A DNA stretch of 32,000 nucleotides from Pseudodesulfovibrio mercurii (GCF_000189295.2 NC_016803.1:2250001-2282000); one strand, 5' to 3'. Shown: positions 1 through 8,075, numbered from the stretch's first letter. The notes: generated by a model not told the origin, from the sequence alone. A program made the numbers and translations.

Positions 1-1991
1 CGTTCCTCGGAGTACTTCTGGGCATAGCGCTGGCAGACCGCGTCGATCTCCTTGGCGATGGCGTCGGCGTACCTGTCGTTGTTGCCGTAGCTCGGGGCGG
101 AGCGCAGGATCGCGCGGACGTCCTCGTAGCCTTCGAAGTTGGCGGTGATGGCCTTGAGCACTTCGTCCATGGTCAGCTTCTTGTCCTCGAAGACCACCTT
201 CTTGATGGCGGCCAGGGAGTCGACAACGGTGCCGTAGCCCAGGAACTCGAAGTAGGAGTATTCCAGGCCGCCCGGGATGAACTGGTTCTGGAGGTCCAGG
301 CCTTCCTTCATGCACAGGTCGTGCAGGACGGAAGCCAGCGGGGTGGCGAAGTGCTGCGGGCGCAGGGAATCGACGATGTACTGCTGGCGGAAGGCCTTCA
401 CGAGCAGGTTGTTGTGCTGCTTGAGGTAGGCGTCGTAGAACTCCTCCCAGGTCTTCATCCTGGTCACGTCACCGGTCTCGAGGCCGATCACCTGGTCGCC
501 GTACTTGAGCATGCGGCCGTTGTGCATGGTCATCTCGATGGCGGTGGCGAAGTTGATGTAGACGCAGCCGGAGGTGTAGGTCTCGCAGTTGGGCATGCGG
601 GCTTCGGTGCAGCCGGACACGGAGTAGTCCATGGCCTGGTCGTAGGGAGCGCCCTTGGCGGTGTACAGCGGGATGATCTCCTCATCGTTGATCAGCTTCG
701 GGAAGCCGGAGCCGTCCTTGATGGTCTCGGCGATCTCGGCCAGGAACCGCTCCGGGGAGCAGGAGTGGATGCGGGCGGCCAGGTCGGGGTAGTTCAGCGG
801 GAACTCGCGCTTGGACTCCAGGAAGAGGTAGGACAGCTCGTTGGTGGCGTCCTCGCCCTGCGGGGTCTGGCCGCCGATGGTGACGGCCTCCCAGTGGGCG
901 TAGCCTTCGTTGAACTCGTTGCCGGTCGGGTTGATGTACAGGTCGATGAACTGCGCCATCTCGACCCACATCATCTCGAGAAGCTCCTTGGCCTGGCCGG
1001 GGGTCAGGATGCCCGCCTTGATGTCCTGGTCGTAGAACGGGAACAGGTACTGATCCATGCGGCCGTTGGAGATGATGGCGGAAGCCTTCTGCTCGATGCG
1101 GGAGAACATCTGGACGAACCACTGGGACTGTATGGCGTCGCGGAAGTCCTTGGCGGGCTCGGCGGGCATGCGCTCGCAGCGGTCGGCCATGGCCAGCAGC
1201 TCGGCCTTGCGGACCTTGTCGGTCTCCTTGGCGGCCAGGTCGCGGGCCAGGGCGGCATGGCGGCGGGCCCACAGCACGATGGCGTCGCAGATGATGACCA
1301 TGGCCTCGTAGAAGGGCCGCTTCTCCCACATCTGGACCGGGCTCTGGTCGTCGAGTTCGGCCATGCGCTCCTGGGCCTCGCGCTTGATGTCGTTGAAGCC
1401 GCGCTTGAGGACCTTGTCGTAGTCGTGGACCCACTGCAGGGCGGAGCGGTAGGAGGAGGTCTCGGAGACGACGAACTTGGACTTCAGGCCCATGTCGTCA
1501 TCGTAGGTCACGCCGCGCAGGTCGTCGGGCATGGCCCCGTTCAGGTGCTCGTGGTAGGTTTTGCCCTTCCAGTAGGGGGCGATCTCGTTGACCACGATGT
1601 CCACCTCTTCCTTGGTGATCTTGAACGGGCTCTTCTCGCGCTTGTCCAGGTCGCCGAGGATGGAATAGAAATCGCCGTCGATCTCCGGGTACAGGATGCC
1701 GTAGCGGCCGAGCTTGCCGGAGCGGCCCGCGATCAGGGAGCCGGGGGTGATGTACACGGTCATCTTCTCGGCGCAATTCTTCAGCGCCTTGGCCCAGCGG
1801 AGCACCATGGGCTGGCCCTCGGTGGCCCTCATGGACTCGGTGAAATACCGGGCGCGCTCGATGTCGATGAACGGCGTGGTCATGTGGAAGGAATCCAAAA
1901 TCTTGTAGATGCGCTCACGTCCGGCACGGGTGTCGACGCTGTTGGCAATGCGTGCTTCCTGCGGGGAAAGACAGCAATCATAATTGGTCAT
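1..1991 (-). CDS. Glycyl radical enzyme (pyruvate formate-lyase superfamily, Cys-X-Glu eliminase type; IslA/HpsG-like sulfonate C-S lyase candidate). 663 N-terminal codons are visible; the C-terminus with the glycyl-radical motif lies beyond the window start.
   Basis: Absent from the ORF track because it runs off the edge. Manual reverse-complement translation from ATG 1991..1989 (SD in attGAGGAGAatacgaATG) is open down to position 3. It reads [70 protein letters not shown]...[21 protein letters not shown]...[21 protein letters not shown]...[27 protein letters not shown]...[33 protein letters not shown]. The Cys loop G-C-x-E and the overall layout are typical of GRE 1,2-eliminases. Confidence 0.9.
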   Translation of the reverse strand, partial: MTNYDCCLSPQEARIANSVDTRAGRERIYKILDSFHMTTPFIDIERARYFTESMRATEGQPMVLRWAKALKNCAEKMTVYITPGSLIAGRSGKLGRYGILYPEIDGDFYSILGDLDKREKSPFKITKEEVDIVVNEIAPYWKGKTYHEHLNGAMPDDLRGVTYDDDMGLKSKFVVSETSSYRSALQWVHDYDKVLKRGFNDIKREAQERMAELDDQSPVQMWEKRPFYEAMVIICDAIVLWARRHAALARDLAAKETDKVRKAELLAMADRCERMPAEPAKDFRDAIQSQWFVQMFSRIEQKASAIISNGRMDQYLFPFYDQDIKAGILTPGQAKELLEMMWVEMAQFIDLYINPTGNEFNEGYAHWEAVTIGGQTPQGEDATNELSYLFLESKREFPLNYPDLAARIHSCSPERFLAEIAETIKDGSGFPKLINDEEIIPLYTAKGAPYDQAMDYSVSGCTEARMPNCETYTSGCVYINFATAIEMTMHNGRMLKYGDQVIGLETGDVTRMKTWEEFYDAYLKQHNNLLVKAFRQQYIVDSLRPQHFATPLASVLHDLCMKEGLDLQNQFIPGGLEYSYFEFLGYGTVVDSLAAIKKVVFEDKKLTMDEVLKAITANFEGYEDVRAILRSAPSYGNNDRYADAIAKEIDAVCQRYAQKYSEE

Positions 1992-2076
1992 TCGTATTCT
2001 CCTCAATGAACGTTTGTTTGTTTTTTTCTACCAAATGGTGGTGGAGCCACACGCTCACAGCGCTGGCCACGAATAA

Positions 2077-2092
2077 GCAACTATGGTGCCAA
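2077..2092 (-). promoter_or_regulatory. Sigma-54 (RpoN) -24/-12 promoter for the GRE gene
   Basis: The minus strand reads TTGGCAC-CATAG-TTGCTT, an exact TGGCAC-N5-TTGC. The predicted TSS is about 2065, giving a leader of about 75 nt to ATG 1991. Confidence 0.7.
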
Positions 2093-2387
2093 CATCATAA
2101 CATCTCGAATAAACACGCCATTCATTGGAAACGCCCCCGAACGGCCCCGGACCGAATGGGGGGGGGCAAACGTTGCCCGACCGCAACAAATTCATGAAAA
2201 ATAAAATATTACAGCGTGATATAAAACCTGTTGCAGGATTGCACACGGAGATTTGTTGCAACCGCGCACAAGGGGGGCCGTCCGGCGAGGCGGGAGACAG
2301 GGGGAAACGGGGCGGCCCGGCGGGCGCATGATGTATGCAATGGGCCGGAAAACGGCGGGGGAAGCGGCCGCCGGACGTGGACGGGCA

Positions 2388-2402
2388 TGGCACTGCGCTT
2401 GC
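2388..2402 (+). promoter_or_regulatory. Sigma-54 -24/-12 promoter for the amidohydrolase-like gene
   Basis: The plus strand reads aTGGCAC-TGCGC-TTGCTaa, an exact TGGCAC-N5-TTGC. The predicted TSS is about 2413, upstream of SD AAGGAG (2435-2440) and GTG 2448. Confidence 0.7.
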
Positions 2403-2447
2403 TAACCGGCGCACCATCGCATGCACACAACCACAAGGAGAAAAACC

Positions 2448-3278
2448 GTGCAGATAATCGATTTCCGTTTCCGTCCCAACACCCAGGCCACCATCGACGG
2501 CTTCACCAACAGCACCATGTTCAAGGGCATGTTCGCCAAGATCGACCTGACCCACCTAGTGGCGCAGGAAGTGCCCGAGGTGGTGGAAATGATCAAGAAA
2601 CACAGCGTGGTGAAGGCCGTCATCACCGGGCGCGACTGCTCCACCACCTATGACGCGGCCGCCAACAACGGCGGGGTGATCTCCTTTGTGAAGGCCTTCC
2701 CGGACATCTTTCTCGGCTTCATGGGCGTCGATCCCCACAAGGGCATGCCGGGCATCTACGAACTGACCCGCCAGATCACCGAAGAGGGCATGCACGGCGC
2801 GGCCATCGACCCGTACCTGGCCAAGATTTTCGTTAATGACGCCAAGTACTACCCCATCTACGCCAAGTGTTGCGAGCTGAACATTCCCATCGTCGTCTCC
2901 ACCGGTCCCGGCACCCTGGTGCCCGGCGCGGTCATGGAGCACGCCGCCCCCCGCTACATCGACTACGTGGCCCGCGACTTCCCCGAGCTGAAGATCATCA
3001 TCAGCCACGGCGGCTACCCCTGGGTGGAGGAGGCCATCATGGTCACGGAGCGCAATGAAAACGTCTACATGGAGCTGTCCGAATACGAACGCCACCCCGG
3101 CGGGGAATCCTATGTGAAGGCGGCGATCAACCTGATCGGCGACAAGCTGCTCTTCGCCAGCGCCCATCCCGGCGCGGATTTTCGCGACGCCATCGCCATG
3201 TACAAGAACTTCGGCCTGCCGGACGACGTCCTGGAGGCCGTCATGTTCAAAAATGCACAGAAGGTGCTGGGTTTGTAG
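2448..3278 (+). CDS. Amidohydrolase_2 (PF04909-like TIM-barrel) family protein, atypical because canonical metal ligands appear replaced
   Basis: Track ORF 2421..3278. I prefer the in-frame GTG at 2448, which has AAGGAG 7 nt upstream; ATG 2421 would sit only about 7 nt from the predicted sigma-54 TSS with no SD. Fold-typical strings: QIIDFRFRP (where HxH normally sits), PELKIIISHGGYPW, NVYMELS, LLFASAHPG. Confidence 0.75.
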   Translation: MQIIDFRFRPNTQATIDGFTNSTMFKGMFAKIDLTHLVAQEVPEVVEMIKKHSVVKAVITGRDCSTTYDAAANNGGVISFVKAFPDIFLGFMGVDPHKGMPGIYELTRQITEEGMHGAAIDPYLAKIFVNDAKYYPIYAKCCELNIPIVVSTGPGTLVPGAVMEHAAPRYIDYVARDFPELKIIISHGGYPWVEEAIMVTERNENVYMELSEYERHPGGESYVKAAINLIGDKLLFASAHPGADFRDAIAMYKNFGLPDDVLEAVMFKNAQKVLGL

Positions 3279-3309
3279 CCAACAGGCCGAATACACGCAC
3301 GTTTTGCAA

Positions 3310-3339
3310 GGGGGCGCGAAAGCGTCCCCTTTTTATTTG
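3310..3339 (+). terminator. Rho-independent terminator after the amidohydrolase-like gene
   Basis: GGGGGCGC-GAAA-GCGTCCCC forms an 8-bp stem with one G.U pair and a GAAA tetraloop, followed by TTTTTATTT. Confidence 0.8.
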
Positions 3340-3793
3340 CCCATCGCGCTGCCCGTTCGGAGGGAAAACACGCCCGATTGCCAGAAAGAACGCCCTCCGG
3401 GCGCGCGTGTTGCCCGTTCCGCCACTCTCTGCTAAGTCGGATTGCCACGGGTTGTTGCCGTGGCGCAACCGTTGCGACAGCGCAACAATAGACATATTAA
3501 ATCAATAAATTCAAATTAATAGTATTTGTTTGGTCCGCCGGACACAACGTCTGTTGCAGGGCTGAAACAAGGGAAGCCTTTTGCCTTGTCCCTCTTGCCC
3601 CACATTTCACAATCCCCACCCTTCGGACGGGGCGTCTTTTCGAAAAAATCTGTTTTCGGCCACTTCTTTGAGCGTCACAGCGCGTAAAATCTGCATTCTA
3701 GCCGCGTTATGACAATAATGTATCCAGTTATCACTGTCACTTAATTAAATTACCTCCGATTTTGGTCCGGTATTGTTCCTGATTTCACAAGAG

Positions 3794-3808
3794 AGGCACC
3801 CTCCTTGC
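3794..3808 (+). promoter_or_regulatory. Candidate sigma-54 promoter for the TRAP-AKR operon
   Basis: gAGGCAC-CCTCC-TTGCAc has GGCAC-N5-TTGCA with correct spacing; only the first T of TGGCAC is replaced by A. An AT-rich tract (about 3700-3760) lies just upstream. The promoter is about 290 nt before dctP ATG 4096. Confidence 0.55.
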
Positions 3809-4095
3809 ACTTCCCGGTTCGGTTCGCGCGGTTGAGGAACCCGCCGGACTTGAGCCTCCGTCTCCTCCTCATCGGTGTGGAGCCCGAACCAAGACGAGGC
3901 GATCGGCCATGAACATGGCCACCGACGACGGTCCGGAATGAAGAAGCGGTCAAACGCATCCCGCGCCAGGCGGTCGTCGGAAACAGGGTTACGTTGATAA
4001 TCGATGGAATGACTAGGTAGCCGTGATGCTCCGCATCACCCGTACAAGCCTGTAGCCGGAAGGCCTACTTCTAACCTGTCAATCTGGAGTTCAAG

Positions 4096-5097
4096 ATGAA
4101 AAAAGCTTTGATCCTCGTTATGACCGCAGCATTGTTGATATGTTCCGTGTCCGCCTTTGCGGAAGAGTACCAGAAGACCATGATCATGGCGGCAACGGCC
4201 AATCCCACCGGAAGCCTGCACGCCGTCGCGCTGGAAAAGTTCAAGGAGATCGTCGAGCAGGAATCCAACGGCAATGTCCGGGTCAACCTTTTCCTGGGCG
4301 GTTCCATGGGCTCCGAGCAGGCGAACGTGAAGCAGCTCCGCGACGCCGAACTGCACGTCGCCGTCCTGGCGGCGGGCAACCTGACGCCCTTCGCCCCGGC
4401 CGCCACGATCACCATCCTGCCCTATCTCTTCCCCAAGATCGAAAACGCCTACACGCTTCTGGGCAATGGGCAGTTCGTCTCCGAACTCGGTGACGCCGTC
4501 GCCACCCAGAGCCAGACCCGCCCCCTGGGCTGGCTCATCGGCGGTTACCGCGTGCTGACCAACTCCAAGCACAGCATCACCAAGATCGAGGACCTGCAGG
4601 GCCTCAAGATTCGCGTGCCCAAGGTCCGCATTCAGCTCGACTCCTTCCGTGCCTGGGGCGTGGAGCCGCATCCCCTGGCCTGGTCCGAGACCTTCAATGC
4701 CTTGCAGCAGGGCGTGGCCGACGGCCAGGAGAACCCGCACTCCATCAACCAGGACCAGAAGTTCTGGGAAGTGCAGAAGTACATCACCGATCTGCACTAC
4801 ATGCTCTGGGTCGGTCCCCTGCTCGTTTCCGAGAGGTGGTTCAAGTGCCTCCCCGAGAACACCAAGGCGCTCGTCATGAAGGCCGCCACCGAGTCCTGCA
4901 CGTATGAATGGGAATGGGTCGCCAAGCAGAACCAGGTCGCCCTGGACAACTGCCTGAAGCACGGCATGGTCCTCGAAGAACTGACCGACGAGAACGTGTG
5001 GATGGAAAAGGCGCGCGCCCTGTGGCCCGAGTACTATGACGCCGTGGGCGGCAAGGACAAGATCGACAATGCCCTGAAGATCATGGGCCAGAACTAG
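4096..5097 (+). CDS. dctP: TRAP transporter substrate-binding protein (DctP family)
   Basis: 333 aa. Signal peptide MKKALILVMTAALLICSVSAFA. DctP-family layout including GGYRVLTN, which carries the conserved anion-binding Arg. SD tGGAG lies upstream. Confidence 0.9.
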   Translation: MKKALILVMTAALLICSVSAFAEEYQKTMIMAATANPTGSLHAVALEKFKEIVEQESNGNVRVNLFLGGSMGSEQANVKQLRDAELHVAVLAAGNLTPFAPAATITILPYLFPKIENAYTLLGNGQFVSELGDAVATQSQTRPLGWLIGGYRVLTNSKHSITKIEDLQGLKIRVPKVRIQLDSFRAWGVEPHPLAWSETFNALQQGVADGQENPHSINQDQKFWEVQKYITDLHYMLWVGPLLVSERWFKCLPENTKALVMKAATESCTYEWEWVAKQNQVALDNCLKHGMVLEELTDENVWMEKARALWPEYYDAVGGKDKIDNALKIMGQN

Positions 5098-5158
5098 AAT
5101 CGAAAGCAATCGGGCGGGCTGCGGCCCGCCCACAATCTCCCGCGGCGGTAATCCCAGT

Positions 5159-5668
5159 ATGTCCATAATCAAAAAATTCTTTGCAAACTTTGAGGAAGGC
5201 GCCTGCATGATTCTGATTGCGACCATGGTGTTCGCCCTCACGCTGCAAGTATTCATGCGTTTTGTGCTCAGCTCGTCTCTGGCCTGGACCGAGGAACTGT
5301 CCCGATACAGCTTCATCTGGTCCGTGTACATGGGCGGCGTGCTGGCCGTGAAGCACACGCAGCACGTCCGCATCACGGCACAGCTCCTGGTCCTGCCTCC
5401 GAAAATCAGAGTGGCCGTGCTCATGTTCACGGATACGATCTGGATCGTTGCCAACTTCTTCATCGCCTATCAGTCCGTTCAAGTGCTGAAGTGCGCCTTT
5501 GAATTCCCCGAGATCTCCCCGACCCTGGGCATCGTCAAGGGCTATGTCGAGGCCATGCTCCCGGCCAGCTTCCTGCTGATGAACCTGAGGCTGATCATGA
5601 AATACTGGCATCTCGTCAAGAATCATGAACTGATGAGTCTTGCCCAAATCGGCGGAGGGGAAGCATAG
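5159..5668 (+). CDS. dctQ: TRAP transporter small permease (DctQ family)
   Basis: 169 aa and four hydrophobic segments. The N-terminus FFANFEEGACMILIATMVFALTLQVFMRFVL..WTEELSRYSFIW matches the DctQ pattern. Confidence 0.85.
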   Translation: MSIIKKFFANFEEGACMILIATMVFALTLQVFMRFVLSSSLAWTEELSRYSFIWSVYMGGVLAVKHTQHVRITAQLLVLPPKIRVAVLMFTDTIWIVANFFIAYQSVQVLKCAFEFPEISPTLGIVKGYVEAMLPASFLLMNLRLIMKYWHLVKNHELMSLAQIGGGEA

Positions 5669-6966
5669 TGTCCACCCTCGCCATAACCATCGTGTCCCTG
5701 ATCGTCTGTTTCTTCATCGGCATGCCCATTTTCATGTCGTTGATCATCTCGGCCATCATCGCCATCTCAACCTGCGGCTATCTGCCGCTGTCCATCATCC
5801 ACAACTCGTTGTTCGATGGTGTGAACCTGTTCCCGCTTCTGGCCATTCCCTGCTTCGTCATCGCCGGCACCCTGATGGAGCACGGCAACATCACCAAGCA
5901 GATCATCGACGTGGTCAAGCAGCTCGTCGGGCGCCTGCCCGGCGGCCTCGGCATCACCACCATCATGGCCTGTACCTTCTTTGCCGCCATCTCGGGCTCC
6001 GGACCGGGAACCGTGGCCGCCATCGGCACCCTGATGATCCCGTCCATGGTGCGCAGCGGATACACTCCGTCCTATGCAGCCGCCTCGGCATCATCGGGCG
6101 GTACCATCGGCATCCTGCTGCCTCCGAGCAACCCGATGATCATCTTCGCCATTCTGGCCAACGTGTCCGTCACCGCCATGTTCACGGCGGGTATCGTGCC
6201 CGGTCTCATGGTGGCCGTGTTCATGACCACCATGGCCATGATCAAGGCGAAGATGGAAGGCGTCAAAACCGACACCGAGCAGCCGCCGTTCAACCTGAAA
6301 GTCTTCCTGAAGAGTCTTTCCAAAGGCGGCTTCGCCCTGGCCACGCCCTTCATCATCCTGGGGTCCATCTATTCCGGCATGGCCACGCCCGTCGAGGCGT
6401 CCGTCATCGCCATCGTCTGGGCCCTGTTCGTGGGCATCGTCATCAACAAGGCCCTGCGCTGGAAGCACATCAAGCTGTCCCTGTTGGAAGGGGCCATGCT
6501 CTGCGGCACGGTCCTGTTCATCGTGGGCGCGTCCACCCTGTTCGGAAAGATCCTGACCTACGAGCAGGCGCCGCTGCGCCTGGCGAACATGGTCCTCGGG
6601 GTCTCCAAGGACCCGGCCATCGTTCTGCTGATGATCGTGGCCATTCTGTACTTCCTGGGTATGTTCATGGAGACCCTGTCCACCATGATCATCCTGGCGC
6701 CGGTACTCCTGCCCATGATCACGGGCCTCGGCATCGACCCGATCCACTTCGGCGTGATCATGGTCATCACCAACGAGGTCGCCATGCTCACTCCGCCCCT
6801 GGGGGTGAACCTCTTTGTGGCCTCGCGGATCGCGAACCTGTCGGTGGAGAGGATCTCGGTGGCGGTTCTGCCGTATCTGCTCGTCCTGACGATAAGCATC
6901 ATCATCGTCGTCTACTGCCCCTTCCTCAGCACATGGCTGCCGGCAGCCATCGGCGCTGGGCAATAA
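5668..6966 (+). CDS. dctM: TRAP transporter large permease (DctM family)
   Basis: 432 aa polytopic membrane protein. GTG start overlaps the dctQ stop (TAGTG). DctM-like motifs include PLLAIPCFVIAG and GGTIGILLPPS. Confidence 0.9.
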   Translation: MSTLAITIVSLIVCFFIGMPIFMSLIISAIIAISTCGYLPLSIIHNSLFDGVNLFPLLAIPCFVIAGTLMEHGNITKQIIDVVKQLVGRLPGGLGITTIMACTFFAAISGSGPGTVAAIGTLMIPSMVRSGYTPSYAAASASSGGTIGILLPPSNPMIIFAILANVSVTAMFTAGIVPGLMVAVFMTTMAMIKAKMEGVKTDTEQPPFNLKVFLKSLSKGGFALATPFIILGSIYSGMATPVEASVIAIVWALFVGIVINKALRWKHIKLSLLEGAMLCGTVLFIVGASTLFGKILTYEQAPLRLANMVLGVSKDPAIVLLMIVAILYFLGMFMETLSTMIILAPVLLPMITGLGIDPIHFGVIMVITNEVAMLTPPLGVNLFVASRIANLSVERISVAVLPYLLVLTISIIIVVYCPFLSTWLPAAIGAGQ

Positions 6967-7034
6967 TACGCAACCATCAATGATTACGACCGGCTCCGTC
7001 AGACTCTGGCGGAGCCGGTCTTGCGAGGTGGATC

Positions 7035-7979
7035 ATGAAATATCTCACGCTGCATACCGGCGCGAAAATGCCCGCCCTCGGCCTGGGGACGTGGCAGGCG
7101 GCCAAGGGAGAAGTGGCCGCCGCCGTCACCGAGGCGCTGCGCATCGGCTACCGCCACATCGACTGCGCCCACGTCTACGGCAACGAGGCCGAAGTCGGCG
7201 AAGCCCTGGCCGCAACGTCGGTCCCACGCGAGGACCTCTGGATCACGTCCAAACTCTGGAACAACGCCCAGCGCCCGGAGGACGTCCGGCCCGCGCTGGA
7301 GCGCTCCCTCGGGGCGCTCGGCCTCGAGTATCTGGACCTCTACCTGGTCCACTGGCCCGTGCAGCTCTCGCACGCGGTCATGTTCCCGCAGTCCCCGGAC
7401 GACCTCATCCCCTGGACCACGGAGCACGCGCTCGAGACCTGGGGGGCCCTGGAGGACTGCGTCCGGGCCGGGCTTGTGCGCCACCTGGGGACGTCCAACT
7501 TCAGCACGAAAAAGCTCCGGCCCCTGCTCGACAACGGCTCCGTCAAGCCCGCGGTCAGCCAGGTGGAGATGCATCCCTATCAGCAGCAGGACCGGATGCG
7601 CGAATTCTGCCGGGACAACGGCATGGCCGTCACCGGCTTCGCCCCCCTGGGTTCGAGACACCGCCCGGCCCACCAGCACCAGGAGGGCGAGCCGAGCCTG
7701 CTCGACCACCCGGATATCCTCGCCATGGCGGACAGGCTGGGCACCACCCCGGCATCGATACTGCTCGGCTGGGCCGTGACCCGGGGCACCTCGGTCATCC
7801 CCAAATCGACCAACCCGGAGAGGCTCCGGCAGAACCTCGCCGCCGCCGATCTCGAACTGGCCGCATCGGACATGGACGTCATTGCGGCCATGGACATGGG
7901 CTACCGTTTTCTCGACGGCTCTCATTGGATGATGGCGGGCTCCCCGTACACGCCCGAGAATCTCTGGGACGGAGAGTAG
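7035..7979 (+). CDS. Aldo-keto reductase (AKR superfamily, NADPH-dependent aldehyde/ketone reductase)
   Basis: 314 aa. The AKR catalytic tetrad context is visible: YRHIDCAHVYGNE (Asp, Tyr), ITSKLWN (Lys), YLVHWP (His). SD GAGGTGG lies upstream. Confidence 0.9.
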   Translation: MKYLTLHTGAKMPALGLGTWQAAKGEVAAAVTEALRIGYRHIDCAHVYGNEAEVGEALAATSVPREDLWITSKLWNNAQRPEDVRPALERSLGALGLEYLDLYLVHWPVQLSHAVMFPQSPDDLIPWTTEHALETWGALEDCVRAGLVRHLGTSNFSTKKLRPLLDNGSVKPAVSQVEMHPYQQQDRMREFCRDNGMAVTGFAPLGSRHRPAHQHQEGEPSLLDHPDILAMADRLGTTPASILLGWAVTRGTSVIPKSTNPERLRQNLAAADLELAASDMDVIAAMDMGYRFLDGSHWMMAGSPYTPENLWDGE

Positions 7980-7989
7980 CCGTTTCCCT

Positions 7990-8075
7990 TCCCGCGTCCG
8001 CACGCCCCCGCCGAAGGCGCACAAAAGGTTCGGAAGCGTCCAGAGAACCCTTTCCGGAGGGTTCTCTGGCTGCCC
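7990..8075 (+). repeat. Intergenic palindromic repeat, copy A (diverged)
   Basis: cgcacgcccccGCCGAAGGCgCACAAAAgGTTcGgAAgcgTCCAGagaaccctttccggagggttctCTGGctGCC aligns with copy B (25435-25535). It contains a perfect 12-bp hairpin at 8040-8069 (CCAGAGAACCCT / AGGGTTCTCTGG). Confidence 0.7.

Noticed and set aside
321-2009. 562-aa plus-strand ORF covering the left end
   Set aside because: It is the antisense shadow of the edge-truncated GRE gene. The minus-strand frame gives a clear GRE sequence with an SD and ATG at 1991.
3750-3959. 69-aa minus-strand ORF inside the long dctP upstream region
   Set aside because: It has no SD, its sequence is rich in Arg, Gly and Ser, and it lies antisense to the candidate sigma-54 promoter and leader. 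I treat it as non-coding.
3820-4095. Possible cobalamin or other known riboswitch in the dctP leader, considered because of the many B12 genes nearby
   Set aside because: I could not find a B12-box-like core or other known riboswitch consensus by eye. This remains only an unclassified long leader (see findings).
5640-6983. 447-aa plus-strand ORF, together with the 290-aa minus-strand ORF 6091..6963
   Set aside because: Both are alternative-frame or antisense shadows of dctM. Their composition is rich in His, Arg, Gly and Pro, whereas the dctM frame gives a coherent polytopic membrane protein.
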